From contig CAYRXY010000001.1 of NCBI GenBank assembly GCA_964428495.1, positions 97,473 to 161,472 of the forward strand: DNA of 64,000 nt. The letters run 5' to 3'. This stretch comes from an uncultured archaeon (GTDB lineage: Archaea > Aenigmatarchaeota > Aenigmatarchaeia > GW2011-AR5 > JAHLMP01). The position numbers and the translations under genes were made by a program. A model generated the notes under the pieces. It saw only the letters and a program-made list of their open reading frames with translations, searched no databases and was not told where the DNA came from. Shown piece after piece: positions 17,570 to 25,953 of the stretch (positions within the stretch are counted from its first letter, which is position 1; the number at the start of each line of letters is the position of its first letter).

Positions 17570-19144
17570 ATGGCTGAGATTTTAACTGGAGAAGAGTTGG
17601 CAAAGCAACATAGAGAAATAAGTATTAGTGAGTTTTTTGAAAAAAATAAGCATCTTCTTGGCTTTGATAATCCAACAAAGGCTTTGTTGATTGTTGTTAA
17701 AGAGGCCGTGGATAACTCGATAGATGCATGTAACGAGGCAGGTATTCTTCCAAGGATTATCGTGAAGGTAAAGAATGTAGAGAATGATGTTTTTCGTGTT
17801 ATGATTGAAGACAATGGTCCCGGTGTTCCGAGAGATAAATTAGCAAAAACATTTGGTAAATTTCTATATGGAAGTAAATTTCATAGATTGAGGCAGTCTG
17901 CAGGACAACAGGGAATTGGTATCACCGGATCGATCTTGTACGGACAGCTGACAACAGGAAAACCAGCAAAGATTTGGTCAAAAACAGCAAAAGAGAAAAA
18001 GACTAATTATGTTGAGCTTATGATAGATGTTACAAAGAATGAGTCACATATTATTAAACAGGAAGAGATCGAGGGTAGGGGAGAAATAAAAGAGCACGGT
18101 GTAAGGATAGAGCTCGAAATAGTTGGACGTTATAGAAGGACCCAATCTATCGATGATTATTTGGAGCAGGTTTCAATATCTAATCCATATGCCGAAATCA
18201 TTTATTACGCTCCTGATGGAAGAAAAGTTGTATATTCTCGAGCGGTTAAGGAACTTCCAAAATTACCTAAGGAAATAAAACCACATCCATACGGAGTAGA
18301 GTTGGGGATATTCTTAAGGATGTTGAAGAGAACCAAGGCCAAAACAATATCAAGCTTCCTAATCAATGAATTTTCCTCTATTGGTGCAAAAACTGCTGAG
18401 AAAGCTTGTAAAGAGGCGAGAATCAAAAAGGATAGAAAACCTCAAGAGCTTACAAATGAAGAAGCAAAGAAGCTCTTACATGTTTTACAGTCTATGGACA
18501 TTCAGAGACCTCCATTAGATTGTCTCTCTCCTATAGGTGAAGAGGCGCTGAAAAAAGGATTATTAAAACACTATCAAAATGCTGAATTTATAGCGACTGT
18601 TACAAGAGAGCCAAATGTTTATAGAGGTAATCCATTCCAAATTGAAGCTGCTATCGTGTACGATCCAACGCTCTCTTCTGGAGATTCAGTTAAATTAATT
18701 CGATTTGCTAATAAGGCTCCATTATTATATCAACAAGGAGCTTGTGCAATATTCAAAGCGGTTGTTGAGACGGATTGGAAGCGATATGGATTAGATCATC
18801 GAAAAGGTTCTCTTCCGACAGGACCTTATGTCATAGTTGTTCATTTAGCTTCTGTATGGGTACCTTTCATTAGTGAAGGTAAAGAAGCTATTGCAAATTA
18901 TCCGATTATTATAAAGGAAATAAAATTAGCTTTGCAGAAAGTCGCAAGAAAGTTGGCTATATATCTTTCTGGTAAGAGACGTGAACATCAAAAAAGAAGA
19001 CGATTTGAACTATTCCAGAGATATGCACCTGAGATAGGTGAATCATTGAGTAAGCTAACGGGAGCTCCTAAAGATAAAATAATTAAAAAACTCGATGAAC
19101 TTATACGAGAAAGAATTAAGATTGAGGATACGAAAGAAAACTAA
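17570..19144 (+). CDS. top6B: DNA topoisomerase VI subunit B
   Basis: Bergerat-fold motifs KEAVDNSIDAC, MIEDNGPGV and GQQGIG. About 525 aa. ATG at 17570. Confidence 0.9.
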   Translation: MAEILTGEELAKQHREISISEFFEKNKHLLGFDNPTKALLIVVKEAVDNSIDACNEAGILPRIIVKVKNVENDVFRVMIEDNGPGVPRDKLAKTFGKFLYGSKFHRLRQSAGQQGIGITGSILYGQLTTGKPAKIWSKTAKEKKTNYVELMIDVTKNESHIIKQEEIEGRGEIKEHGVRIELEIVGRYRRTQSIDDYLEQVSISNPYAEIIYYAPDGRKVVYSRAVKELPKLPKEIKPHPYGVELGIFLRMLKRTKAKTISSFLINEFSSIGAKTAEKACKEARIKKDRKPQELTNEEAKKLLHVLQSMDIQRPPLDCLSPIGEEALKKGLLKHYQNAEFIATVTREPNVYRGNPFQIEAAIVYDPTLSSGDSVKLIRFANKAPLLYQQGACAIFKAVVETDWKRYGLDHRKGSLPTGPYVIVVHLASVWVPFISEGKEAIANYPIIIKEIKLALQKVARKLAIYLSGKRREHQKRRRFELFQRYAPEIGESLSKLTGAPKDKIIKKLDELIRERIKIEDTKEN

Positions 19145-19146
19145 AG

Positions 19147-19155
19147 TTTTTAATT
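19147..19155 (+). promoter_or_regulatory. TATA-like element (TTTTTAATT) about 29 nt upstream of tRNA-Arg +1
   Basis: AT-rich box at the canonical distance. Weak, because the flanks are also AT-rich. Confidence 0.3.
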
Positions 19156-19179
19156 CTACTCATTAAATTTAATTAATAC

Positions 19180-19284
19180 GGGCGCGTAGCTCAGCCTGGT
19201 CAATCTTTCATAAAAGAAAGTTGGGGTAAATAGAGCGGCGGCCTTCTAAGCCGTTGGTCGGGGGTTCGAATCCTCCCGCGCCCA
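19180..19284 (+). tRNA. tRNA-Arg (anticodon TCT) with a ~31-nt intron in the D-loop
   Basis: Acceptor GGGCGCG/CGCGCCC plus A73. D-stem GCTC...GAGC separated by 40 nt instead of 8-11. Anticodon arm GCGGC-CTTCTAA-GCCGT. T arm GGGGG-TTCGAAT-CCTCC. The insert carries the hairpin CAA(T)CTTTC-ATAAAA-GAAAGTTG. Confidence 0.75.
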
Positions 19285-19322
19285 TGACAATCTTTTTATT
19301 CTTCTCATAGGAAATAATTAAT

Positions 19323-19958
19323 ATGAGCCTTTGGGATCTAAAACTTCTTATTTTTGATCTTGACGGCGTTCTTGTGGACTCACGAAATTATTGGATAACA
19401 ATTCTACGTGATGTTGCAAATAAATTTGGTTACAATGTTTCCAATGATGACATTGAAAAAAACTTAGGACTTAAACCACAAGATGTTCTAAGAGGTATAT
19501 GTGGCCCAGATGCACCTGTGGATAACATGTTGAAAGAGATAGAAAATAATTTGACTGCACCAAATTACATCCTACAGCTCAAGTTGAAGGGTAATGTGAA
19601 GGAGGTTTTACAGCATTTAAGAGAAAAGTATAGGCTAGCCTTAATTACGAATGCCCCATATTCATTCACAGAGATTGTTTTGAAAAAAGTAGATATTCTT
19701 CGATTTTTTGATGAAATAATCACAGCTTCAGAGAATTTTCGAACTAAGTCTGATATTATAAAATTTTTGTCTCAAGTTCTCAAGACACCTGTAAACCAAA
19801 TAGCGTACATAGGTGATATGGCAAGAGATATCGAAGAAGCAAGGGAGGCGGGTTGTAAGTCTATAATCATTCCTGGATGGAGTTCTCATGACGATGTTGA
19901 AAGAGCAAAACCAGATCTTATTGTAGATAAACTAGAGGAACTTCCAAAGTTTTTATAA
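19323..19958 (+). CDS. HAD-superfamily hydrolase (phosphatase, PGP-like)
   Basis: Motif I LIFDLDGVLVDS, motif II ITNA, motif IV YIGDMARDIEEA. Confidence 0.8.
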   Translation: MSLWDLKLLIFDLDGVLVDSRNYWITILRDVANKFGYNVSNDDIEKNLGLKPQDVLRGICGPDAPVDNMLKEIENNLTAPNYILQLKLKGNVKEVLQHLREKYRLALITNAPYSFTEIVLKKVDILRFFDEIITASENFRTKSDIIKFLSQVLKTPVNQIAYIGDMARDIEEAREAGCKSIIIPGWSSHDDVERAKPDLIVDKLEELPKFL

Positions 19959-20573
19959 ATTCTTCAAACTTGCATTGAACTTTCCATTTTTGTATTCTAT
20001 CTCTACATACTGTCCTATTTGGCCAAAACCACAGTTTATTATGGTCGTACCACTTGTTATTTCTATACCTCTTGCCTCATGAATGTGCCCAGAAATTATT
20101 ACATCTACTTTTCCAATGAAATCAGCAACAGCAGAACTTCCGACATGAACACCGGTTATTATTCTGTCACAATATCCAAACGGTGGGGCATGTGAAACAA
20201 GAACTTTAGGTATATCCCTTGGTAATTCATGAAATCCGGTAATCAATGTTTCTTTTATTTCGTCTTCTGTAAATCCTAAATCCCCTATAAATCCATTTGC
20301 ACCTCCACATCCAAAAAAGCCAATACCATTTATTACTCTTCCCCTCCCATAAATGCTTACATCGTGTTTTTCTAATTTCTTAAGTACCTCGATGGAGTCC
20401 CAGTTTCCGGGAACAGCTAATACAGGTTTTTTTACTCTCTCGAGGATTTTATCTACGATATCAGGATTTTCGAAGTCGGTTAAATCCCCCGCAATAACTA
20501 AAATATCATATTTTGGAATTTTTTCTACTATTTTATAATTTCCATGAATATCAGAAATTGCTATTATTTTCAT
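19953..20573 (-). CDS. metallophosphoesterase (YfcE/MJ0936-like)
   Basis: MKIIAISDIHGN, AGDLTD, GNWD and SGHIHE motifs. Confidence 0.8.
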   Translation of the reverse strand: MKIIAISDIHGNYKIVEKIPKYDILVIAGDLTDFENPDIVDKILERVKKPVLAVPGNWDSIEVLKKLEKHDVSIYGRGRVINGIGFFGCGGANGFIGDLGFTEDEIKETLITGFHELPRDIPKVLVSHAPPFGYCDRIITGVHVGSSAVADFIGKVDVIISGHIHEARGIEITSGTTIINCGFGQIGQYVEIEYKNGKFNASLKNL

Positions 20574-20627
20574 GCTTATGAATTTTATTTTGAAAGATTT
20601 TTAAGATTTGTTTTTCAGCTTTTAGTT

Positions 20628-21659
20628 ATGGTGGATATATTAAAAGAATTTTCGAGAATCATAGATGAAGTCTTTAAATCAGGAAAACCGACGGCATATG
20701 TGCTCTACTCTAGGGAGCCATGGAGAGGTAACATTTTGGAAGAAGATAGTAAGTATTTAGATGGAGCAGGAGTTCAAACAGTTATAACTAAACTTAATGG
20801 GGCATTGAAATCTTTAAGTGCAGAGGGTTATGAAACTAAAAAAATAGAGGATAATCTTTCGAAGGAGAGTTACGAGGTAAGAATTCTTAATGATGGAAAA
20901 ATCGCAGAAATAAAGATATCAGATGATCTTTACGTTACATACGCTCTTCCGACGCTTACAAAAAAAGAGATCAGGGAATATATGAAAAGCAGAGATGTGA
21001 TTTTACCTATGGGTCTTCCTAACATTTTTGCTTTAGCAGGAGTTCAGTATCATGGAGATAAGTACGACTTTCCTTATAAGATTGGAGATATGGAAAGAGT
21101 CATGGACGAGAAAGAAACTTTACCAATAATCTGGGATTATCCTTTAGCGGTTAAGGAAAACTTTGAAAAATCTCCAAAAGATAAGTTCAAGGAAGTCCAT
21201 GGAATAGAGGATTATAGAGATGTCACGCATAAGGAAATGCTGAAAATAGGAAGAAGTCCTGATTCTAAAGAAGCTGGAATTCAACCATTAAACTGGAAAT
21301 TGTGGGATCAAGAGAAAGGAGACCATATTCTTGAAGTAACGGCGCTCCAGAATGTAGATAGAAAGATAGTAGGTTTTAATGCTGGTATAGATGGGGCTTT
21401 AATATATACACAGCCAGGTATAAGAATGGTAGTTGGTGGTAGAGGAGCATCTAGCCAAATTGGTAACGCACTTCTAGAAGGAAAGGAAATAGACATAAAG
21501 AATCTTGATGAAACAGCTAAGGAACTTCTAAAGGAGTACGAAAATCTCAGCGATGGTGAGGGAATGGTCATTGCATTAAAGACAACACTACTACATGGAA
21601 AACCGGAAGAAATTTGCAGAGTTCTGGGAGTTTATGAAGTAGATCCGTTAAGGTTTTAA
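20628..21659 (+). CDS. hypothetical protein (344 aa), no family recognised
   Basis: Good coding composition. ATG at 20628 (MVDILKEF); the 28 codons upstream in the ORF track overlap the promoter region of the divergent gene. Confidence 0.5.
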   Translation: MVDILKEFSRIIDEVFKSGKPTAYVLYSREPWRGNILEEDSKYLDGAGVQTVITKLNGALKSLSAEGYETKKIEDNLSKESYEVRILNDGKIAEIKISDDLYVTYALPTLTKKEIREYMKSRDVILPMGLPNIFALAGVQYHGDKYDFPYKIGDMERVMDEKETLPIIWDYPLAVKENFEKSPKDKFKEVHGIEDYRDVTHKEMLKIGRSPDSKEAGIQPLNWKLWDQEKGDHILEVTALQNVDRKIVGFNAGIDGALIYTQPGIRMVVGGRGASSQIGNALLEGKEIDIKNLDETAKELLKEYENLSDGEGMVIALKTTLLHGKPEEICRVLGVYEVDPLRF

Positions 21660-21682
21660 CTTTACCTTTTCTTATTCTCACT

Positions 21683-22216
21683 ATGGAGCTTATTGACCTA
21701 ATTTTTAAGATAGAAGAATTAAAGGAATTGAAGAGAAGAGGTTGGATACTTAGAGAGATTCCTAATCCGGAATCTGTTTCTGATCATAGTTTTATGGCTT
21801 CTGTTCTATCTTTTTTACTTGCTGACGAGTCTCTGGACAAAGATAAATGCATCAAGATGGCGTTGATTCATGATTTAGGGGAGTCATTGATTGGTGATTA
21901 TACACCATTTGATGATATAACAGATGAAGAAAAATATAAGAAGGAAGAGGAAGCGTTTAAAAAACTCTTTGGATCTGGTGAAATTCTATCACTTTGGTAT
22001 GAATTTGAAGAGAATAAGACAAGAGAGGCTAACTTTGTCAGAACTATCGACAAGCTTGAGATGTTGATTCAGGCTATAAAATATCATAAGAAGTATCCTA
22101 ATAAGATACATTTACATAGATTTTTTGATGCAGTGGAGAAGAAACTGTATTATGAGAAATTAAAGAAAATCTTCTATATTCTAAAGAAAAAGTATATACA
22201 AGAAAATCAAGTTTAA
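21683..22216 (+). CDS. HD-domain 5'-deoxynucleotidase-like phosphohydrolase (YfbR-like)
   Basis: RRGW, ESVSDHSF (H...HD) and ALIHDLGESLIGDYTP motifs. Confidence 0.8.
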   Translation: MELIDLIFKIEELKELKRRGWILREIPNPESVSDHSFMASVLSFLLADESLDKDKCIKMALIHDLGESLIGDYTPFDDITDEEKYKKEEEAFKKLFGSGEILSLWYEFEENKTREANFVRTIDKLEMLIQAIKYHKKYPNKIHLHRFFDAVEKKLYYEKLKKIFYILKKKYIQENQV

Positions 22217-22241
22217 ATACTCCTAATCAGAAATAAAAATT

Positions 22242-23000
22242 ATGGCACGTATCATTTCCATCGTTTCTGGTAAGGGTGGAGTGGGAAAAACAGTTACTAC
22301 GGCAAATTTAGGTGTTGCGCTTGCTGAGCTTGGTCATCCCGTTACTGTCGTCGACTGTAATTTAACAACTCCAAATTTAGGAATGCATCTAGGTGTACCT
22401 GTTCTACCAAAAACTCTTCATGATGTCTTAAAAGGAAGGGCCAGACTTTCAGATGTTATGTATCAACATGAATTTGGGCTAAAAGTGATACCTGCAGGCC
22501 TTTCTGTTAACGATCTTAAAGGTATTGATGCGCGTGATCTTCCCAACATACTTTCAGAGCTATTTGTTACAGATGATCTAGTATTAATAGATGGTGCAGC
22601 TGGTCTTGGCCGAGAGGCTCTTGCCACACTTCAATCAAGTGATGAAATGTTGATTGTGACTAATCCGGAGCTTCCGGCTGTTTTGGATGCACTAAAGCTA
22701 GAGAAGTTGGCCGAAGAACTTGGTGCAAAATTATATGGAGTGGTGTTGAATAGGGTCAGTGGAAAGCCACATGAATTAACAGATCGAGAGGTTGAGGAAA
22801 CTTTGGAGTTACCGATAATAGGAAAGATACCTGAAGATCCGAACGTAAAGAAAGCGGTTGCTAAAAGAATACCTGTTGTAAAATATAATTCATACGCTCC
22901 TGCGAGTATAGCTTTTAAGAGGCTTGCTGCCGAACTTATTGGAGCTAGAATAGAAGTAGACATTCCTTGGTGGAGAAAGGTTTTCTCATTTCTAAGATAA
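22242..23000 (+). CDS. minD: MinD/ParA-family P-loop ATPase (archaeal MinD-like)
   Basis: Deviant Walker A SGKGGVGKTVTTANLG. Walker B LVLIDGAAG. Confidence 0.85.
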   Translation: MARIISIVSGKGGVGKTVTTANLGVALAELGHPVTVVDCNLTTPNLGMHLGVPVLPKTLHDVLKGRARLSDVMYQHEFGLKVIPAGLSVNDLKGIDARDLPNILSELFVTDDLVLIDGAAGLGREALATLQSSDEMLIVTNPELPAVLDALKLEKLAEELGAKLYGVVLNRVSGKPHELTDREVEETLELPIIGKIPEDPNVKKAVAKRIPVVKYNSYAPASIAFKRLAAELIGARIEVDIPWWRKVFSFLR

Positions 23001-24659
23001 TTTGAATATTTTCTCAAGATTAATTTCGAAACCAACAACAGGTGTTTCAATCTTCCACTTTTCTAGGACAGATGGATGAATCTCTCCGACAAAGCCGATT
23101 TCCTTTCCATTTGCTAATATGGATGCAACTCTTTCTTCTATGAAGCTTTTATGTGTCGTTTTTTTCAGTGAATATTTTATACCTAAAGAGCGGAGTAGTG
23201 CATCAAGTATGGATGAGATAGTCTCATAACCAACTGAATAATCTGTAACAACTGCAGCTAGTTTTCTCATGTTTCTTACCTTCGTTTCGACTTTCTGATC
23301 TAAGATGACACAGTCACCTATCTCAAAGACCTTTTGAGGAAATTCACGATGTTGATTCTTTGATAAAAATTCCATAAGAGAAGGAAGGAGCCATGAGCGA
23401 AATACATTCCAATTTTGAGACATTGGATTTTCTATCTCTGCAACACTACCTTCAGGGAGATTCATCTTCTTGAATAGGTTGTCTTTGTTTGTGAGTATAT
23501 AAGACATAACCTCCTGCATACCTAGTCCTATCATCACCTCCGCAACCTTGTAGGAAAACTCTTCTATTGGTTGTTCGCTACCTCTTGTTACAATCTTTGG
23601 TATTGTCGGTTTAATTTTGTTGTAACCATAAGATATTATGATATCTTCAATAATGTCCACTTCGTGCATGATATCTTGACGAAATGCAGGATAAAGAAGA
23701 TCTAACTTTTTGCCTTTTCTCTTTATGTCATATCCACTAGCTTTTAACAAGGAGAAGATTTCTCTATCTTTTAAGTTAAGACCAGAAATTTCATTCACTC
23801 TTTCGATGTGAAGCACTGTTCTTTTTGGTTCTAGGTTTGGTGTTATCGTTCTCTTTTTTTCACTAACGATTTCAACACTTTCTATCTTTGCTCCTCTATC
23901 TGCTAACGCAGCGACAACTGCATTTAAAGACGGAACAAGAAATCTTTCATCGAAACCCGTACACTCAATAAAGACATTTCTCGTTTTTTCTGTAACCTTA
24001 CCTACGTATTCGGAGTTGATTATAGGCGGCATTGATAACACGTTTCCAGCAGAGTCGATGAGCAGAGGATACTTGTTAGATAGTAGATGGCTATATTCGA
24101 TTCCTTTTGGATGCCTCTTTAATATTTCCTCTGGTGTCATCGGCTCATTAAAGTCTAATGGAACGAATTTGACTTCTCTGGGACCAACGACCGTGTATTT
24201 TATTGGAGATTTTATCTTATCCAAATCGTAGATACCAATTGCAACTTCTCTTCTATTTCTACCAAAGGATGTTGCAATCTTTTCCTGTAGTTGGATGATC
24301 TGTTCCAAGACGTATCGGTCAACCTTAAGATCCCTTGCAATAGCAGCAACGATCTTAGGTCTTACGTTTTTTGTTTTATTATCAACGATTATCTTAAATT
24401 TAGACCGCCCGACTTTACACTTCCATACACCCCTTTTCTTAAGTCTTGCTTTTATCTCTCTTGCTATTCCCTCAGCACTCCATAGATCTGGCCTGTTTGT
24501 ATCTTTGACATCAAGCTTGAAGATTTTATCTCCATTTTTTTCTTCTATACCATCTATTTCTACCTTAGAATAAACTAGGAGTTCCTCTAATTTATCTATC
24601 GGTACTTTTTGTTCCAATAACCTACACATATCTTTGTAAGAGATTTCTATTGTTGGCAT
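22992..24659 (-). CDS. pheT: phenylalanine--tRNA ligase beta subunit
   Basis: Archaeal PheT N-terminus MPTIEISYKDMCRLL and B3/4-B5 domain layout. Overlaps pheS. Confidence 0.9.
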   Translation of the reverse strand: MPTIEISYKDMCRLLEQKVPIDKLEELLVYSKVEIDGIEEKNGDKIFKLDVKDTNRPDLWSAEGIAREIKARLKKRGVWKCKVGRSKFKIIVDNKTKNVRPKIVAAIARDLKVDRYVLEQIIQLQEKIATSFGRNRREVAIGIYDLDKIKSPIKYTVVGPREVKFVPLDFNEPMTPEEILKRHPKGIEYSHLLSNKYPLLIDSAGNVLSMPPIINSEYVGKVTEKTRNVFIECTGFDERFLVPSLNAVVAALADRGAKIESVEIVSEKKRTITPNLEPKRTVLHIERVNEISGLNLKDREIFSLLKASGYDIKRKGKKLDLLYPAFRQDIMHEVDIIEDIIISYGYNKIKPTIPKIVTRGSEQPIEEFSYKVAEVMIGLGMQEVMSYILTNKDNLFKKMNLPEGSVAEIENPMSQNWNVFRSWLLPSLMEFLSKNQHREFPQKVFEIGDCVILDQKVETKVRNMRKLAAVVTDYSVGYETISSILDALLRSLGIKYSLKKTTHKSFIEERVASILANGKEIGFVGEIHPSVLEKWKIETPVVGFEINLEKIFKLS

Positions 24660-25921
24660 TTAATCACCTCAAAATTTCTCAACCAATCCAGATTTCTACT
24701 AAACAATTCACGGATGTCCTTAATTCCTAAACGGAACATCGCTAGCCTGTCTATACCGAGTCCCCATGCAATAACAGGGTATTTTATTCCTAATGGCAGT
24801 GTAACTTCAGGACGGAATATTCCAGCACCAGCGAACTCGATCCAACCCATATCTTCATGGTAAGCAGAGAGTTGAACACTCGGTTCGGTGAACGGATAAT
24901 AGTCCGGATAAAACTTTATCTTTTTTGCTCCAGCAATCTCTTCAGCAAAAAGTTTTAACAAACCTAACAAATCACGAAACGTCAGCTTCTCTCCAATAAT
25001 GAATCCGCCTAATTGGTTGAATTCGACACCATGTGTCGCGTCAATAACGTCCGGGCGAAAACAGCGAACTAGGCTGAAGTACTTACCTGGGATTTCTATT
25101 TCATCGTAAATTTGAGATAGATAACGTGGTGATATGGCAGTATCATGGGCACGAGGCATAAGCCGTGCTGCCTTCTTTTCATCCCATTTGTATCTCCAAC
25201 CGGTTGAACCGGTGAGCCATCCATTTTCGTGCGTTTTTCTAACGCTTTCTACTAAATTTTTGTTCGGTAGCTTACCATACTTTGGATACTTCAATGAGTA
25301 TGTTTGTGTCCAGTCCCTTGCAGGATGGTTTTGTGCTTGATATAACGCGTCGAAGTTCCAGAATTCTAATTCTATGATTGGACCAGTCATCTCTTTAAAG
25401 CCAAGTTCAATAAGTTTCCTTCGAACGGAATTTAAGAAAACTTGGTATGGGTGCCTCTTTCCAGGGTAAATTTTTTTCCCAGAAACTTCAACATTGTATG
25501 ATTTAAATTTTGCAGTCTGCCACAGGCCGGACTTGATAATTTCAACGGTTAGGTTTTTTATTTCACCATTTTCTAGCTGTTCTTTGGCCTTCTCGATGAT
25601 ACTTTCCTTTATTTCTTCAATTAATTTTCTGCTCATGAGTTGCTTAATTAGTTGCTCGCTTATCTGTTTGTTTCCGGCAACTTTTTTCAACGCTTCTTCC
25701 TGCTCATATTTGTCAGGTTCTTTTAGAAGTATGAGCATACCTTTATCGATCTTAATCCATCCGTTCTTTTTTGCCCAATTCAAAGCTATGGAAAAATTTT
25801 CTATCTGCTTTGCAGAATCCTTTACTGAAATAGGACCATGTGATTTTAGAAACTCGATAAGTTTTATTTCTGGTAGACCTTCCTTGAGATATTTTTTACC
25901 TTCCTCTGTAAGACGATACAT
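24647..25921 (-). CDS. pheS: phenylalanine--tRNA ligase alpha subunit
   Basis: Class II motifs FRPDVIDATHGVEFNQ and GLGIDRLAM. HPARD motif. Confidence 0.9.
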   Translation of the reverse strand: MYRLTEEGKKYLKEGLPEIKLIEFLKSHGPISVKDSAKQIENFSIALNWAKKNGWIKIDKGMLILLKEPDKYEQEEALKKVAGNKQISEQLIKQLMSRKLIEEIKESIIEKAKEQLENGEIKNLTVEIIKSGLWQTAKFKSYNVEVSGKKIYPGKRHPYQVFLNSVRRKLIELGFKEMTGPIIELEFWNFDALYQAQNHPARDWTQTYSLKYPKYGKLPNKNLVESVRKTHENGWLTGSTGWRYKWDEKKAARLMPRAHDTAISPRYLSQIYDEIEIPGKYFSLVRCFRPDVIDATHGVEFNQLGGFIIGEKLTFRDLLGLLKLFAEEIAGAKKIKFYPDYYPFTEPSVQLSAYHEDMGWIEFAGAGIFRPEVTLPLGIKYPVIAWGLGIDRLAMFRLGIKDIRELFSRNLDWLRNFEVIKCQQ

Positions 25922-25953
25922 GAATATTCTTTTTTGTGAAGAAATTTAAAATT

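Noticed and set aside
20544-20627. N-terminal extensions in the ORF track that begin at GTG/TTG or upstream ATG. These are at 20544, 3416, 10694, 12173, 14765, 16197, 17561, 28247, 36629, 57243 and 30940.
   Set aside because: In each case an ATG lies just downstream of the previous gene's stop. That ATG is preceded by a Shine-Dalgarno-like or TATA element and gives an N-terminus matching the family, for example MKG-Q pilin signals or MGFHQ of eL15. The extensions run into the neighbouring gene or promoter.
22631-23050. Long antisense ORFs opposite confident genes. Examples are 22631-23050(-) versus minD, 25494-25949(+) versus pheS, 39805-40242(+) versus CBS/trpS, 61047-61484(+) and 61758-62147(+) versus acd, 46951-47358(-) versus proS, 3611-4174(-), 10834-11166(-), 30528-30905(+) and 35294-35626(-).
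   Set aside because: Their translations are low-complexity (Ser/Phe/Leu/Ile-rich) mirror images of Lys/Glu-rich genes. The AAG/GAA codon bias of the sense strand suppresses stop codons on the antisense strand. The sense genes carry clear family motifs.
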